Source: Escherichia coli (lineage in GTDB: Bacteria; Pseudomonadota; Gammaproteobacteria; Enterobacterales; Enterobacteriaceae). From it: 64,000 nt of DNA. The DNA is taken from assembly GCF_003334815.1 (NCBI RefSeq), contig NZ_QOWO01000001.1; one strand, 5' to 3'. Below the pieces are notes generated by a model. It was not told the origin of the DNA. It saw only the letters and a program-made list of their open reading frames with translations, and did not search any database. The translations under genes and the position numbers were made by a program. The number at the start of each line of letters is the position of its first letter. Position 1 is the first letter of the stretch. This document shows, piece after piece, positions 47,754 to 61,250 of the stretch.

Positions 47754-48881
47754 TTAACCCGCCAAATGCTCGCGCTTCAGATACTCTTCGCTTTGCATCT
47801 CTTGCAGACGTGACAGGCAACGCTGGAACTCAAACTTCAGCCGATCGCCCTGATAAATTTCATACAGCGGCACTTCTGCACTCACCACTAATTTGACATG
47901 GCGCTCGTAAAACTCATCCACCAGCGCAATAAAGCGCCGCGCTTCGCTCTCCATCAACCGCGTCATAACTGGTACATCAAACAACATGACCGTATGAAAG
48001 AGACGTGAGAGCGCAATATAGTCATGCTGACTGCGGGCGTCGACGCACAGCGTAGTAAAAGAGACCGCCAGCGTCTGGTTCTCGACGCCCATTGTTGCTA
48101 ATGGCCGATGGTTGATTTCTAACGTCGGTGAATTTTCTCGTTTCCCCCCCGCCAGCGCCAACCATAGTTTATCCATTTGCGCCCGGGTTTCATCGTGAAG
48201 TGGCGAAAGCCACAGATGCGCCTGAGTGAGTGTACGCAGACGATAATCAACACCAGCGTCCACGTTCATTACATCACAATGCTGTTTAATGGCATCGATT
48301 GCAGGCAGAAAACGCGCACGTTGCAGGCCATTTCGATAAAGTTCATCCGGCGGAATATTTGACGTCGCTACCAGGGTAATACCGCGAGCGAACAGGGCTT
48401 TCATCAGACCGCCAAGTAGCATGGCATCGGTAATATCAGAAACAAAAAATTCGTCAAAACAGAGCACGTCAGTTTCGGCTTTAAAGCGATCGGCAATAAT
48501 TTCCAGCGGATCGGTCTGCCCCTGTAAGGCAGTTAGCTCTTCATGCACCCGCAGCATAAAACGGTGAAAGTGCAGGCGCTGTTTCCGCTCTCCCGGCAGG
48601 CTTTGATAGAAAAGGTCCATCAGCCAGGTTTTCCCGCGTCCTACACCGCCCCACATATATAAGCCACGCACTGGCGTATGCTTTGTGTCTTCGCGTTTAC
48701 CCCACAGCTTACCGACCCGCGCCATTAGCCCACTCGTCCTGGGGGCTGGTGGCGTGCTATTGATGAGTTCCTGATAAATAATTTCCAGGCGGCTGACGGC
48801 CTCTTTTTGAACGTCGTCGGGTTGATGGCTGCCTTCATTAAGCGCCTTCAGGTATTGCGATGTTGGGGTAACGCTTTGCAT
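47754..48881 (-). CDS. zapE: AFG1-like ATPase, cell division factor ZapE (YhcM)
   Basis: 375-aa ORF with Walker A GGVGRGKTW. Confidence 0.93.
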   Translation of the reverse strand: MQSVTPTSQYLKALNEGSHQPDDVQKEAVSRLEIIYQELINSTPPAPRTSGLMARVGKLWGKREDTKHTPVRGLYMWGGVGRGKTWLMDLFYQSLPGERKQRLHFHRFMLRVHEELTALQGQTDPLEIIADRFKAETDVLCFDEFFVSDITDAMLLGGLMKALFARGITLVATSNIPPDELYRNGLQRARFLPAIDAIKQHCDVMNVDAGVDYRLRTLTQAHLWLSPLHDETRAQMDKLWLALAGGKRENSPTLEINHRPLATMGVENQTLAVSFTTLCVDARSQHDYIALSRLFHTVMLFDVPVMTRLMESEARRFIALVDEFYERHVKLVVSAEVPLYEIYQGDRLKFEFQRCLSRLQEMQSEEYLKREHLAG

Positions 48882-49074
48882 GATCTTATTGTTATTCCTT
48901 GAATAATCGGTGCGCCGTTGTTCACGGTTGACGAAAAAAAGGCCGTTCTACACTACGCGATATGCAGTCGGGATTCCACTTCTGTGGAATTAACGGTTAT
49001 AGTGGCATAATCAGCCGCAGGCATGGAGCCTGAAGCCAACACCCTACGGAAACAAAAGACAACGGGAGATGTTC

Positions 49075-49473
49075 ATGACCTGGGAATATGCGCTAATTGG
49101 GTTAGTCGTCGGCATCATTATTGGTGCTGTGGCCATGCGTTTTGGTAATCGTAAACTACGCCAGCAACAGGCGTTGCAGTACGAACTGGAAAAGAATAAA
49201 GCTGAACTGGACGAGTATCGCGAAGAGCTGGTTAGCCACTTTGCCCGCAGCGCGGAATTACTGGATACCATGGCGCACGACTATCGCCAGCTGTATCAGC
49301 ACATGGCAAAAAGCTCCAGCAGCCTGCTGCCGGAACTGTCTGCTGAAGCAAACCCGTTCCGTAATCGTCTGGCAGAGTCTGAAGCCAGCAACGATCAGGC
49401 ACCGGTGCAGATGCCTCGCGACTATTCTGAAGGCGCATCCGGCCTGCTGCGTACTGGCGCGAAGCGCGACTAA
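49075..49473 (+). CDS. yhcB: Inner membrane-anchored envelope/cell-division protein YhcB (DUF1043)
   Basis: N-terminus MTWEYALIGLVVGIIIGAVAMRFG at 49075, giving 132 aa. An in-frame ATG 6 nt upstream is also possible. Confidence 0.9.
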   Translation: MTWEYALIGLVVGIIIGAVAMRFGNRKLRQQQALQYELEKNKAELDEYREELVSHFARSAELLDTMAHDYRQLYQHMAKSSSSLLPELSAEANPFRNRLAESEASNDQAPVQMPRDYSEGASGLLRTGAKRD

Positions 49474-49626
49474 TTTATTTTTCGGGCGCAGCCATTGCGC
49501 CCTCCTCTTCTCTCCCTCCCCGACTATCATTTAATCTGGTGTCTCATTGTTAGCCGTCTGAAAATTCAATAACATCAAACTGTTTTGAATCTCTTTTCTT
49601 ATCATTCAGGTACGAGAGCAGGAATA

Positions 49627-50994
49627 ATGAAAAAACAAACCCAGCTGTTGAGTGCATTAGCGTTAAGTGTCGGGTTAACTCTCTCGGCGTCATTTCAGGC
49701 CGTCGCGTCGATTCCAGGCCAGGTTGCCGATCAGGCCCCTCTCCCCAGTCTGGCTCCAATGCTGGAAAAAGTGCTTCCGGCAGTGGTGAGCGTACGGGTG
49801 GAAGGAACGGCCAGTCAGGGACAGAAAATCCCGGAAGAATTCAAAAAGTTTTTTGGTGATGATTTACCGGATCAACCTGCACAACCCTTCGAAGGTTTAG
49901 GCTCCGGTGTCATCATCAACGCCAGTAAAGGCTATGTGCTGACCAACAACCATGTGATTAATCAGGCACAGAAAATCAGTATTCAGCTCAATGATGGGCG
50001 CGAGTTTGATGCAAAACTGATTGGTAGCGATGACCAGAGCGATATCGCCCTGTTACAAATTCAAAACCCGAGCAAATTAACGCAAATCGCTATTGCCGAC
50101 TCCGATAAATTGCGCGTCGGTGATTTTGCCGTAGCGGTCGGTAACCCATTTGGCCTTGGGCAAACCGCCACCTCTGGCATTGTTTCCGCATTAGGCCGCA
50201 GCGGGTTGAATCTTGAAGGTCTGGAAAACTTTATCCAGACAGATGCTTCCATTAACCGCGGTAACTCCGGCGGTGCACTATTAAACCTTAACGGTGAGTT
50301 AATTGGCATCAACACTGCAATCCTTGCGCCTGGCGGCGGGAGCGTCGGGATTGGATTTGCCATCCCCAGTAATATGGCGCGAACACTGGCGCAGCAGCTT
50401 ATCGACTTTGGTGAAATCAAACGCGGTTTGTTAGGCATCAAAGGCACCGAGATGAGTGCCGATATCGCCAAAGCCTTCAACCTTGACGTGCAGCGTGGCG
50501 CGTTTGTCAGCGAAGTGTTGCCAGGTTCTGGCTCGGCAAAAGCGGGCGTCAAAGCGGGCGATATTATTACCAGCCTCAACGGCAAACCGCTGAATAGCTT
50601 TGCTGAGTTGCGCTCTCGTATCGCGACCACCGAGCCGGGCACGAAAGTGAAGCTTGGCCTGCTGCGTAACGGCAAACCACTGGAAGTAGAAGTGACGCTC
50701 GATACCAGCACCTCTTCGTCGGCCAGCGCTGAAATGATCACGCCAGCGCTGGAAGGTGCAACGTTGAGCGATGGTCAGCTAAAAGATGGCGGCAAAGGTA
50801 TTAAAATCGATGAAGTTGTCAAAGGAAGCCCAGCTGCTCAGGCTGGCTTGCAAAAAGACGATGTGATCATTGGCGTCAACCGCGATCGGGTGAACTCGAT
50901 TGCTGAAATGCGTAAAGTGCTGGCGGCAAAACCGGCCATCATCGCCCTGCAAATTGTACGCGGCAATGAAAGCATCTATCTGCTGATGCGTTAA
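49627..50994 (+). CDS. degQ: Periplasmic HtrA-family serine endoprotease DegQ
   Basis: N-terminus MKKQTQLLSALALSVGLTLSASFQAVA at 49627, giving 455 aa. It has the GNSGGAL active site and two PDZ domains. Confidence 0.96.
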   Translation: MKKQTQLLSALALSVGLTLSASFQAVASIPGQVADQAPLPSLAPMLEKVLPAVVSVRVEGTASQGQKIPEEFKKFFGDDLPDQPAQPFEGLGSGVIINASKGYVLTNNHVINQAQKISIQLNDGREFDAKLIGSDDQSDIALLQIQNPSKLTQIAIADSDKLRVGDFAVAVGNPFGLGQTATSGIVSALGRSGLNLEGLENFIQTDASINRGNSGGALLNLNGELIGINTAILAPGGGSVGIGFAIPSNMARTLAQQLIDFGEIKRGLLGIKGTEMSADIAKAFNLDVQRGAFVSEVLPGSGSAKAGVKAGDIITSLNGKPLNSFAELRSRIATTEPGTKVKLGLLRNGKPLEVEVTLDTSTSSSASAEMITPALEGATLSDGQLKDGGKGIKIDEVVKGSPAAQAGLQKDDVIIGVNRDRVNSIAEMRKVLAAKPAIIALQIVRGNESIYLLMR

Positions 50995-51083
50995 TGTCGT
51001 AAACCGGGCATCAGGCTTACGTGTGATGTCCGGTTAACTCGTGGTATGCTGCTGCCGTTCCCTTTTTTAATGACGCCTCCATC

Positions 51084-52151
51084 ATGTTTGTGAAGCTCTT
51101 ACGTTCCGTTGCGATTGGATTAATTGTCGGCGCTATTCTGCTGGTTGCCATGCCTTCGCTGCGCAGCCTTAACCCGCTTTCCACTCCGCAATTTGACAGT
51201 ACCGATGAGACGCCTGCCAGCTATAATCTGGCGGTTCGCCGCGCCGCGCCAGCGGTGGTTAACGTTTACAACCGTGGTTTGAACACCAACTCTCACAACC
51301 AGCTTGAGATCCGCACCCTGGGATCCGGTGTAATCATGGATCAACGCGGTTATATCATCACCAATAAACACGTCATCAACGACGCCGATCAGATCATCGT
51401 CGCCTTACAGGATGGACGTGTATTTGAAGCATTGCTGGTGGGATCTGACTCTCTAACCGATCTGGCGGTACTTAAAATTAATGCCACTGGCGGTTTACCT
51501 ACCATTCCAATTAATGCACGTCGCGTACCGCACATTGGCGACGTAGTACTGGCGATCGGTAACCCGTACAACCTCGGGCAGACCATTACCCAGGGGATTA
51601 TTAGTGCCACGGGTCGAATCGGTCTGAACCCGACCGGGCGGCAAAACTTCCTCCAAACCGATGCTTCCATTAACCACGGTAACTCTGGCGGCGCGCTGGT
51701 GAACTCGCTGGGCGAACTGATGGGCATTAATACGCTGTCGTTTGATAAGAGTAACGATGGCGAAACGCCGGAAGGTATCGGCTTTGCGATTCCTTTCCAG
51801 TTAGCAACCAAAATTATGGATAAGCTGATCCGCGATGGTCGCGTGATCCGCGGCTACATTGGTATCGGCGGACGTGAGATCGCACCACTGCACGCGCAGG
51901 GCGGTGGTATAGATCAACTGCAAGGGATCGTGGTTAATGAAGTGTCACCTGACGGCCCGGCGGCGAATGCGGGTATTCAGGTCAACGATCTGATTATTTC
52001 GGTGGATAACAAACCGGCCATCTCTGCTCTGGAGACGATGGATCAGGTGGCGGAAATTCGCCCTGGTTCGGTGATCCCTGTAGTAGTGATGCGTGATGAT
52101 AAGCAGTTAACGCTGCAGGTCACCATTCAGGAATATCCGGCAACCAATTAA
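51084..52151 (+). CDS. degS: Envelope-stress sensor protease DegS
   Basis: 355-aa ORF with an N-terminal TM anchor, the GNSGGAL active site and one PDZ domain. Confidence 0.96.
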   Translation: MFVKLLRSVAIGLIVGAILLVAMPSLRSLNPLSTPQFDSTDETPASYNLAVRRAAPAVVNVYNRGLNTNSHNQLEIRTLGSGVIMDQRGYIITNKHVINDADQIIVALQDGRVFEALLVGSDSLTDLAVLKINATGGLPTIPINARRVPHIGDVVLAIGNPYNLGQTITQGIISATGRIGLNPTGRQNFLQTDASINHGNSGGALVNSLGELMGINTLSFDKSNDGETPEGIGFAIPFQLATKIMDKLIRDGRVIRGYIGIGGREIAPLHAQGGGIDQLQGIVVNEVSPDGPAANAGIQVNDLIISVDNKPAISALETMDQVAEIRPGSVIPVVVMRDDKQLTLQVTIQEYPATN

Positions 52152-52167
52152 GTCGTGCGCTCAAAAC

Positions 52168-52197
52168 AAAAAACCGGAGTCTGTGCTCCGGTTTTTT
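52168..52197. terminator. Bidirectional intrinsic terminator between degS and mdh
   Basis: AAAAAACCGGAG-TCTGTG-CTCCGGTTTTTT. The stem CCGGAG (52174-52179) pairs with CTCCGG (52186-52191). Confidence 0.85.
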
Positions 52198-52213
52198 ATT
52201 ATCCGCTAATCAA

Positions 52214-53227
<1,014 letters not shown>

Positions 53228-53524
53228 TTACAATGACCACATCTCAAGAATGTGTAGTCACGCAAGTTTAGCGTTTATGCATTTAATTGCCGTAATCAGG
53301 AACCTAACTTACGTAATTAACAGTCGCTTATGCATTAGCGCAACATTCCAACAGGTGGTGACAATATACCCTACCGTTCAGCCAAAACAACATCAATTTG
53401 ATAACAATTAATTTACTTTTAAGCAGAATTTGCATGCCGTGACGCAGGCATGTTTCTCAATAACGAAATTTGATAAAATCCCGCTCTTTCATAACATTAT
53501 TTCAGCCTTCTTCAGGGCTGACTG

Positions 53525-53562
53525 TTTGCATAAAAATTCATCTGTATGCACAATAATGTTGT
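53525..53562. promoter_or_regulatory. ARG box pair (ArgR autoregulation) in the argR promoter, boundaries approximate
   Basis: TTTGCATAAAAATTCATC (53525-53542) matches the ARG box consensus TNTGAATWWWWATTCANW at 16 of 18 positions. A weaker adjacent half, ...TATGCACAATAATGTTGT, follows. Confidence 0.55.
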
Positions 53563-53583
53563 ATCAACCACCATATCGGGTGA

Positions 53584-54057
<474 letters not shown>

Positions 54058-54421
54058 TCTCTGCCCCGTCGTTTCTGACGGCGGGGAAAATGTTGCTTAT
54101 CCCTCTCAACCCCCTGCTTTCCCCTGCGATTAATTTAACGAATAGTGCGTTTTACTGCGACATGTCATTCACACAATGAATACATAAGGTAAAAAAAGCA
54201 CATTATGCAAAATTCATTATCTAATTGAAAAAACTAGAATTAACGATAAATAACCGTATTTTTAATTCTTTTTTGTTATTAAAATTCACATTTTTAACAC
54301 TTAGTATCAACTGAAACAGTTAGCGCGGTATTAATTAGCTCAATAATTAGTGTATACTTGATTTTGTGATATGGGTCACGAAACAAAGGCCCAGCTAAAA
54401 GATTATGTCGAGGTAAAAATC

Positions 54422-54685
54422 ATGAAAATCAAAACCACTGTTGCTGCATTAAGCGTACTTTCTGTTCTCTCTTTCGGTGCATTCGCTGCCGACTCCATTG
54501 ATGCTGCACAAGCACAAAATCGTGAAGCAATCGGGACCGTATCCGTAAGTGGTGTGGCGTCTTCGCCAATGGATATGCGTGAAATGCTGAACAAAAAAGC
54601 GGAAGAGAAAGGCGCAACGGCCTACCAGATTACTGAAGCTCGTAGCGGTGACACCTGGCACGCTACGGCTGAACTGTACAAATAA
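54422..54685 (+). CDS. yhcN: YhcN/BhsA-family (DUF1471) periplasmic stress protein
   Basis: N-terminus MKIKTTVAALSVLSVLSFGAFA at 54422 (87 aa), with the SD GAGGT upstream. Confidence 0.9.
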   Translation: MKIKTTVAALSVLSVLSFGAFAADSIDAAQAQNREAIGTVSVSGVASSPMDMREMLNKKAEEKGATAYQITEARSGDTWHATAELYK

Positions 54686-54712
54686 ACCCTCATCGTCTTG
54701 TCCGACGATATT

Positions 54713-54737
54713 GCCCCCGGTTCGGGGGCTTTTTTTT
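54713..54737 (+). terminator. Intrinsic terminator of yhcN
   Basis: GCCCCCG (54713-54719) pairs with CGGGGGC (54723-54729), followed by T8. Confidence 0.85.
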
Positions 54738-54740
54738 GCG

Positions 54741-55013
54741 CTAATGACGAACATTAAAACGCAAATGCCCTTCCAGCTCTTCCTCTGCCTCATCAAACAG
54801 CAATATTAACGCGCCAAAACGGCGACGCGTTTTCTCTCCCAGATGAACAAATTCAATCTCAAGTGGTAGCGGCAGGACATCGTTCATTAACACATCCCAT
54901 AGTGAGTCGAGATCGCGTACCTTATCTTTCGCCAGACCAAAGGTTTGGCTAAAGTCACGATAAAAATCCTCCTGACTCTCAATCTCATCAAAATCAAAGG
55001 TATAAATATTCAT
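54741..55013 (-). CDS. yhcO: Barstar-like (ribonuclease inhibitor family) protein
   Basis: 90-aa ORF starting [45 protein letters not shown], a barstar-type pattern. Confidence 0.85.
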   Translation of the reverse strand: MNIYTFDFDEIESQEDFYRDFSQTFGLAKDKVRDLDSLWDVLMNDVLPLPLEIEFVHLGEKTRRRFGALILLFDEAEEELEGHLRFNVRH

Positions 55014-55072
55014 CTGTTGCCACCGTCACGTTTCGCGGCGAGTTCTGCCGTGCATCGCTAAGTATAGCCATG

Positions 55073-55101
55073 AAAAAACCGACGCTTTTGGCGTCGGTTT
55101 T
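55073..55101 (-). terminator. Intrinsic terminator after aaeB (aaeXAB operon)
   Basis: CCGACGC (55079-55085) pairs with GCGTCGG (55091-55097). On the minus strand it is followed by TTTTTT (complement of the A-run at 55073-55078). Confidence 0.75.
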
Positions 55102-55104
55102 GAC

Positions 55105-57072
55105 TTAACTATCGGTCAACGCATGTTGATACTTATGGAGCATCCCCGCCAGCCGATTTACCGGTTCCGTCACCTGCGGTGGCGCTTGCCAGATGCGTAG
55201 CTTTTCCTGGTAGATTTCCAGTTCTTCCAGCAACTGGCCAAAGTACCGACGACGTTTATCATCGCTACGGGCAGATATCACATGGTCTGCTGTGCGGCGC
55301 ATTTGTCGGTGAAACGCCGATAAATCCTCGTTAACCGGGATCGGTGCATCACGCAGGCGCTGGTGCGCGATAATCATCGTCAGCGCCAGGCGAAATTTCG
55401 GCAAATCCCCTGGGAACTTATTCATCAGCAAAAACAGCTGCTGATAAAGTGCCGGGAGGTGGTTCTCTTTACGACGTGCCACATTGGTAGTCATCGCGGA
55501 AACAGCGGCAGAAACAAACTGATTAAGCAGTACACGTCCGGTCCTGTCGCGCGATTTATCCCGCACCAGCAAAATAACGGTGAACGCGAGCACACAGCCG
55601 ACGATTTGCCCTAATGCGCTGTCGAGAAACTGACTGAAATGGAAAGTCATCGGGTTATCCAGCACGATAATATTTATGGTGCTGGCCAGTGCCCCCATCG
55701 AGCCCAGTCGCCGTTTCTGTACTTCTATACCGAGGAAGAATCCCAGCACTGCCAGGCTAATGCACAGCAGCAACATGCTCTGTTGGGTATTAGGGATAAT
55801 CACCAAAAAGTAGAGCAGCCCTAACGGCAGCGCGGCCAGCGTCCCGTAGATAAAGTCGATCGCCACCATGCGTGGATTCGGCAAACGCATTGCCAGTGAC
55901 GTCACTACCGCAATCATCACCATTGCACCACTGCCGGAAGTCCAGCCCGTCCACAGCCAGAAAAGCGTGCCCAGAATGCAGGAAAGTGTGGTTCGCCAGA
56001 AGTTAACCATTGCATGATGACGTTCGGCTGACTCTACTTTTACTTCCGGTTCGCCTTGCAGGATCTCTTCTTCGGTGGCGTTGATTTTTGTGTTACTGAT
56101 AACGCCGCGCTTGAGAAGCTGATAACGCGTTGCCGCCGCGACCCAGCTATAAATGGTGACAGGCGTTTCCCGTTCCCCGGTCCAGGCGATAACTCTCCGC
56201 AGGCGTTTGAGCTGCTTGTGGACGTCCTGCGCGGTTTCTACCGGCGTGTCAAAAAATTCGCGGAAAGTATCAGTGATCAATTCCGGGCGCGTATTCTGAA
56301 TAAGATAAGTTTCGCAGGATTGGGTAATCAGCGTCAGCGATAGCGTATTGATCGCTTTTAAACGTCGATTGGCCCGCGCCCAGCGGGAAGATTCCATATT
56401 CAGGTTGCTGCGCATGCCTTGTAGCGCCGTGGTGCGTCGCACCAGGTCGCCCCAGGCTTTATCGACAACTTCACCATCGCCATGCTTGATACAGAGTTGC
56501 ATTAATTGATATTGCGCGACCAGCAAACTTTCCAGCTCTCGATCCACTTCTTGTTTGATCGATCGCGGAGAAAAGAGCAAATCCGCCATAATCGCACACA
56601 CAATACCGATAACGATCTCGCTACAACGTTCGACGGCAAACTGCGGCGTAAGCAATGGTTCCGGCTGAATGGTGATCACAATGATCAGCGCGGTATAACC
56701 GGCCAGCCCCCACGCATACGAGTTTTCTATTCGTACCAGCGAGGATATCCAGGTACAAAAACCGGCCCAGATACAGCACACCAGAATCATCAATAATGGT
56801 GCGCGGATCATCGCAATGATGATCACCAGTCCGGCAATACAGCCAATAAATGTGCCGATGATGCGCAAAAAGCCACGATAGCGAATAGCGCCAGAATACG
56901 GTTCACCTCCCGCAGCAAAGGCCGGACCGGCGGCAACAATCGCCGCTGTCAGTACCGCCCAGCGTGGCGTTTCCAGCTGGAAGTGAAAGCCAACAAACAG
57001 CGCCAGTACAATGGCGGTCGCCAGTTTTACCGCAAAGCGAATATGTTGGTTAGCAATGGAGAAAATACCCAT
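55105..57072 (-). CDS. aaeB: p-Hydroxybenzoic acid efflux pump subunit AaeB
   Basis: 655-aa polytopic ORF starting [40 protein letters not shown]. Confidence 0.95.
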   Translation of the reverse strand: MGIFSIANQHIRFAVKLATAIVLALFVGFHFQLETPRWAVLTAAIVAAGPAFAAGGEPYSGAIRYRGFLRIIGTFIGCIAGLVIIIAMIRAPLLMILVCCIWAGFCTWISSLVRIENSYAWGLAGYTALIIVITIQPEPLLTPQFAVERCSEIVIGIVCAIMADLLFSPRSIKQEVDRELESLLVAQYQLMQLCIKHGDGEVVDKAWGDLVRRTTALQGMRSNLNMESSRWARANRRLKAINTLSLTLITQSCETYLIQNTRPELITDTFREFFDTPVETAQDVHKQLKRLRRVIAWTGERETPVTIYSWVAAATRYQLLKRGVISNTKINATEEEILQGEPEVKVESAERHHAMVNFWRTTLSCILGTLFWLWTGWTSGSGAMVMIAVVTSLAMRLPNPRMVAIDFIYGTLAALPLGLLYFLVIIPNTQQSMLLLCISLAVLGFFLGIEVQKRRLGSMGALASTINIIVLDNPMTFHFSQFLDSALGQIVGCVLAFTVILLVRDKSRDRTGRVLLNQFVSAAVSAMTTNVARRKENHLPALYQQLFLLMNKFPGDLPKFRLALTMIIAHQRLRDAPIPVNEDLSAFHRQMRRTADHVISARSDDKRRRYFGQLLEELEIYQEKLRIWQAPPQVTEPVNRLAGMLHKYQHALTDS

Positions 57073-57077
57073 CGTGA

Positions 57078-58010
57078 TTAACCAAACTCACGCAGGCGAT
57101 GGGCCATTTTACGGAAGAACGAATCCTGGCTTTCGTCGCGATCTTGTTTGCCAGTGACCACCACTGTAGCAGTGGTGCCCGCAGGCCAGATGTTCTCTTG
57201 CTGGTTGTCGAGACGAATACGAACCGGAACACGTTGCGCAAGACGCACCCATTCAAGGTTAGAGTCTATAGTCGCCATCCCTTTGTCGTCACGCGTGCTG
57301 CTGGCGTTGGTGACCCCTGCGGCAACACTATCAACAGTCCCTTTCAGCACTTTGTTACTGCCAAGCGGCGTGATCTCTGCACGATACCCCGGACGCACCC
57401 CTTCCAGCTTAGTTTCTTCCATATAGGCCAGTACATAGAAGGAGTTCTGTTTCACCAGCGCAACCGCCGTTGATCCTCGAGTAATAAACTCACCGGTATA
57501 GACGTTGAGGTTGGTCACCCAGCCATCTGCTGGCGCGCGGATCACCGTGCGTTCAAGATCCAGTTTTGCCAGATCGCGGGTCGCCTGCGCTTTCGCTAAC
57601 TGATGCAGAACCGTTTGTAGTACGTTGTTGGCCTGGTCGATCTCTTCGCGAGACATCGCCTGCACACCGAGACGGTTACGACGTCCGGCCTCCTGGCGTT
57701 TCTCCTGTGCCAGTACCTGATAATAAGCAACATCGGCTTGCGCTTCCTCAAGCGCCTTTTGATAGCGCGGCTGGTCGATGGTGAACAGTATCTGTCCTTT
57801 TTTCACCAGCTGGTTATCATGAACATTCACCTGGGTAATGAGTCCAGAAACGTCCGGCGCGATCGCAACGACGTCAGCGCTAAAGCGCGCGTCACGCGTC
57901 CAGGGGGATTCGGTGTAATAGACCCAGGCATTAAAAATTGCGATGAAGGCCAGAATGACTAATACGACCGTGATGGCCGTACGGGAGAATTTTCTTATTA
58001 GTGTTTTCAC
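57078..58010 (-). CDS. aaeA: Efflux pump membrane fusion protein AaeA
   Basis: 310-aa HlyD-like ORF starting [32 protein letters not shown]. Confidence 0.95.
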
Positions 58011-58017
58011 TTCAACC

Positions 58018-58221
58018 TCAAACGAACAGTCGCGATATCAAATAAAACAAGCAGCAATAGAGCGCGGTGTTGAACAACGCCGGATGCCAGACAAAGTCGT
58101 AGATACCTGTTGGCACAAGTACCCGGCGCACCAGCCAGAAAATCGCCAGTGATAAAAGCAATTCAAAAAATATCGGTGGGAAGGACAGCCCAAACACCAC
58201 GATAACGGGAAACAGACTCAT
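58018..58221 (-). CDS. aaeX: Small membrane protein AaeX
   Basis: Known N-terminus [31 protein letters not shown] at 58221, giving 67 aa. The upstream extension was discarded. Confidence 0.9.
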
Positions 58222-58403
58222 GTTGACCTTGGTTGTAAAGAGAGAGCAGGCGTTATTATTTTCAGCATCTGTCGCCGCAGAGAAGGGCATGGAAAGCCGG
58301 GCGAGAGCAACATTGCTGTAGATTGATATTTAATATATTAGCGTAACTGTTATGCTGTTATCTATATTATGTGATCTAAATCACTTTTAAGTCAGAGTGA
58401 ATA

Positions 58404-59333
58404 ATGGAACGACTAAAACGCATGTCGGTGTTTGCCAAAGTAGTTGAATTTGGCTCTTTTACCGCCGCCGCCAGACAGCTACAGATGAGCGTTTCGTCCA
58501 TCAGTCAGACGGTATCAAAACTGGAAGATGAGTTGCAGGTAAAGCTGTTAAACCGTAGCACACGCAGCATTGGCCTGACCGAAGCCGGTAGAATTTACTA
58601 CCAGGGCTGCCGTCGTATGCTTCATGAAGTGCAGGATGTTCATGAGCAACTGTATGCCTTCAATAACACCCCCATCGGGACGCTACGCATTGGCTGTTCT
58701 TCAACTATGGCACAAAATGTTCTCGCCGGGCTGACAGCCAAAATGCTGAAAGAATACCCAGGTTTGAGCGTCAATCTGGTTACCGGAATTCCAGCCCCCG
58801 ACCTGATTGCCGACGGTCTGGATGTGGTGATCCGCGTCGGCGCGTTGCAGGATTCCAGCCTGTTTTCCCGCCGTCTGGGCGCGATGCCAATGGTGGTGTG
58901 CGCCGCGAAAAGCTATCTCACACAATACGGCATACCGGAAAAACCCGCCGATTTGAGTAGTCATTCATGGCTTGAATACAGCGTGCGGCCCGACAATGAA
59001 TTTGAACTGATCGCACCGGAAGGGATCTCGACTCGCCTGATCCCACAAGGAAGATTTGTGACTAATGATCCGATGACGCTGGTGCGCTGGCTGACGGCGG
59101 GTGCCGGGATCGCCTACGTGCCGCTGATGTGGGTGATCAACGAGATCAATCGTGGGGAGCTGGAGATCCTGCTGCCGCGTTACCAGTCAGATCCACGCCC
59201 GGTTTATGCGTTATATACCGAAAAAGATAAGCTGCCGCTGAAGGTACAGGTCGTGATCAACTCGCTGACGGATTATTTTGTTGAGGTCGGTAAATTGTTT
59301 CAGGAGATGCACGGGCGCGGGAAAGAGAAGTAA
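58404..59333 (+). CDS. aaeR: LysR-family activator of aaeXAB
   Basis: 309-aa ORF starting MERLKRMSVFAKVVEFGSFTAAARQLQMSVSSISQTVSKLE. It is divergent from aaeX. Confidence 0.95.
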   Translation: MERLKRMSVFAKVVEFGSFTAAARQLQMSVSSISQTVSKLEDELQVKLLNRSTRSIGLTEAGRIYYQGCRRMLHEVQDVHEQLYAFNNTPIGTLRIGCSSTMAQNVLAGLTAKMLKEYPGLSVNLVTGIPAPDLIADGLDVVIRVGALQDSSLFSRRLGAMPMVVCAAKSYLTQYGIPEKPADLSSHSWLEYSVRPDNEFELIAPEGISTRLIPQGRFVTNDPMTLVRWLTAGAGIAYVPLMWVINEINRGELEILLPRYQSDPRPVYALYTEKDKLPLKVQVVINSLTDYFVEVGKLFQEMHGRGKEK

Positions 59334-59376
59334 TTCATATTGTACTGTTACGTTGTACAAACCTGTGCCAACGGGT

Positions 59377-59415
59377 TCCCCTCACCCTAACCCTCACCCC
59401 AAAGGGGCGAGGGGA
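59377..59415. repeat. GC-rich CCCTC/GAGGG imperfect palindrome between convergent aaeR and tldD
   Basis: TCCCCTCACCCTAACCCTCACCCC-AAA-GGGGCGAGGGGA. The stem CCCTCACCCC (59391-59400) pairs with GGGGCGAGGG (59404-59413) with one mismatch. It is the same motif family as 41528-41562. Confidence 0.6.
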
Positions 59416-59466
59416 CCGTTCGTGCACGTAGAAAGATTAATTATCCTTCTGAAAATAGTGAAATTA

Positions 59467-60927
<1,461 letters not shown>

Positions 60928-60953
60928 TTAGTTACTGCAGTAGAGGATTTTTT

Positions 60954-61195
60954 ACGGCTGCCGGATGCGGCGTGAACGCCCTATCCAGCCTACGGTTATG
61001 TTCCGGTTTGTAGGCCTGATAAGACGCACAGCGTCGCATCAGGCAACGGCTGTCGGATGCGGCGTAAACGCCTTATCCGACCTACGGTTATGTTCCGTTT
61101 GTAGGCCTGATAAGACGCACAGCGTCGCATCAGGCAACGGCTGCCGGATGCGGCGTGAACGCCCTATCCGATCTACGGTTATGTTCTGGCTCGTT
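60954..61195. repeat. BIME cluster: about 2.5 tandem copies of a 91-92-bp unit, each made of two inverted REPs
   Basis: ACGGCTG(C/T)CGGATGCGGCGT(G/A)AACGCC(C/T)TATCC...CTACGGTTATGTTCCG(G)TTTGTAGGCCTGATAAGACGCACAGCGTCGCATCAGGCA recurs starting at 60954, 61046 and 61137. Confidence 0.9.
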
Positions 61196-61250
61196 GGCCT
61201 TTGGCAACGATTATCCTATGAGATTGGGGCAATTACGCGCCCTCGTCAAA

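Noticed and set aside
60954-61195. Regularly spaced ~91-bp repeats that could be mistaken for a CRISPR array.
   Set aside because: The whole unit repeats, so there are no unique spacers. The sequence is the canonical REP consensus, and no cas genes are present. It is a BIME cluster.
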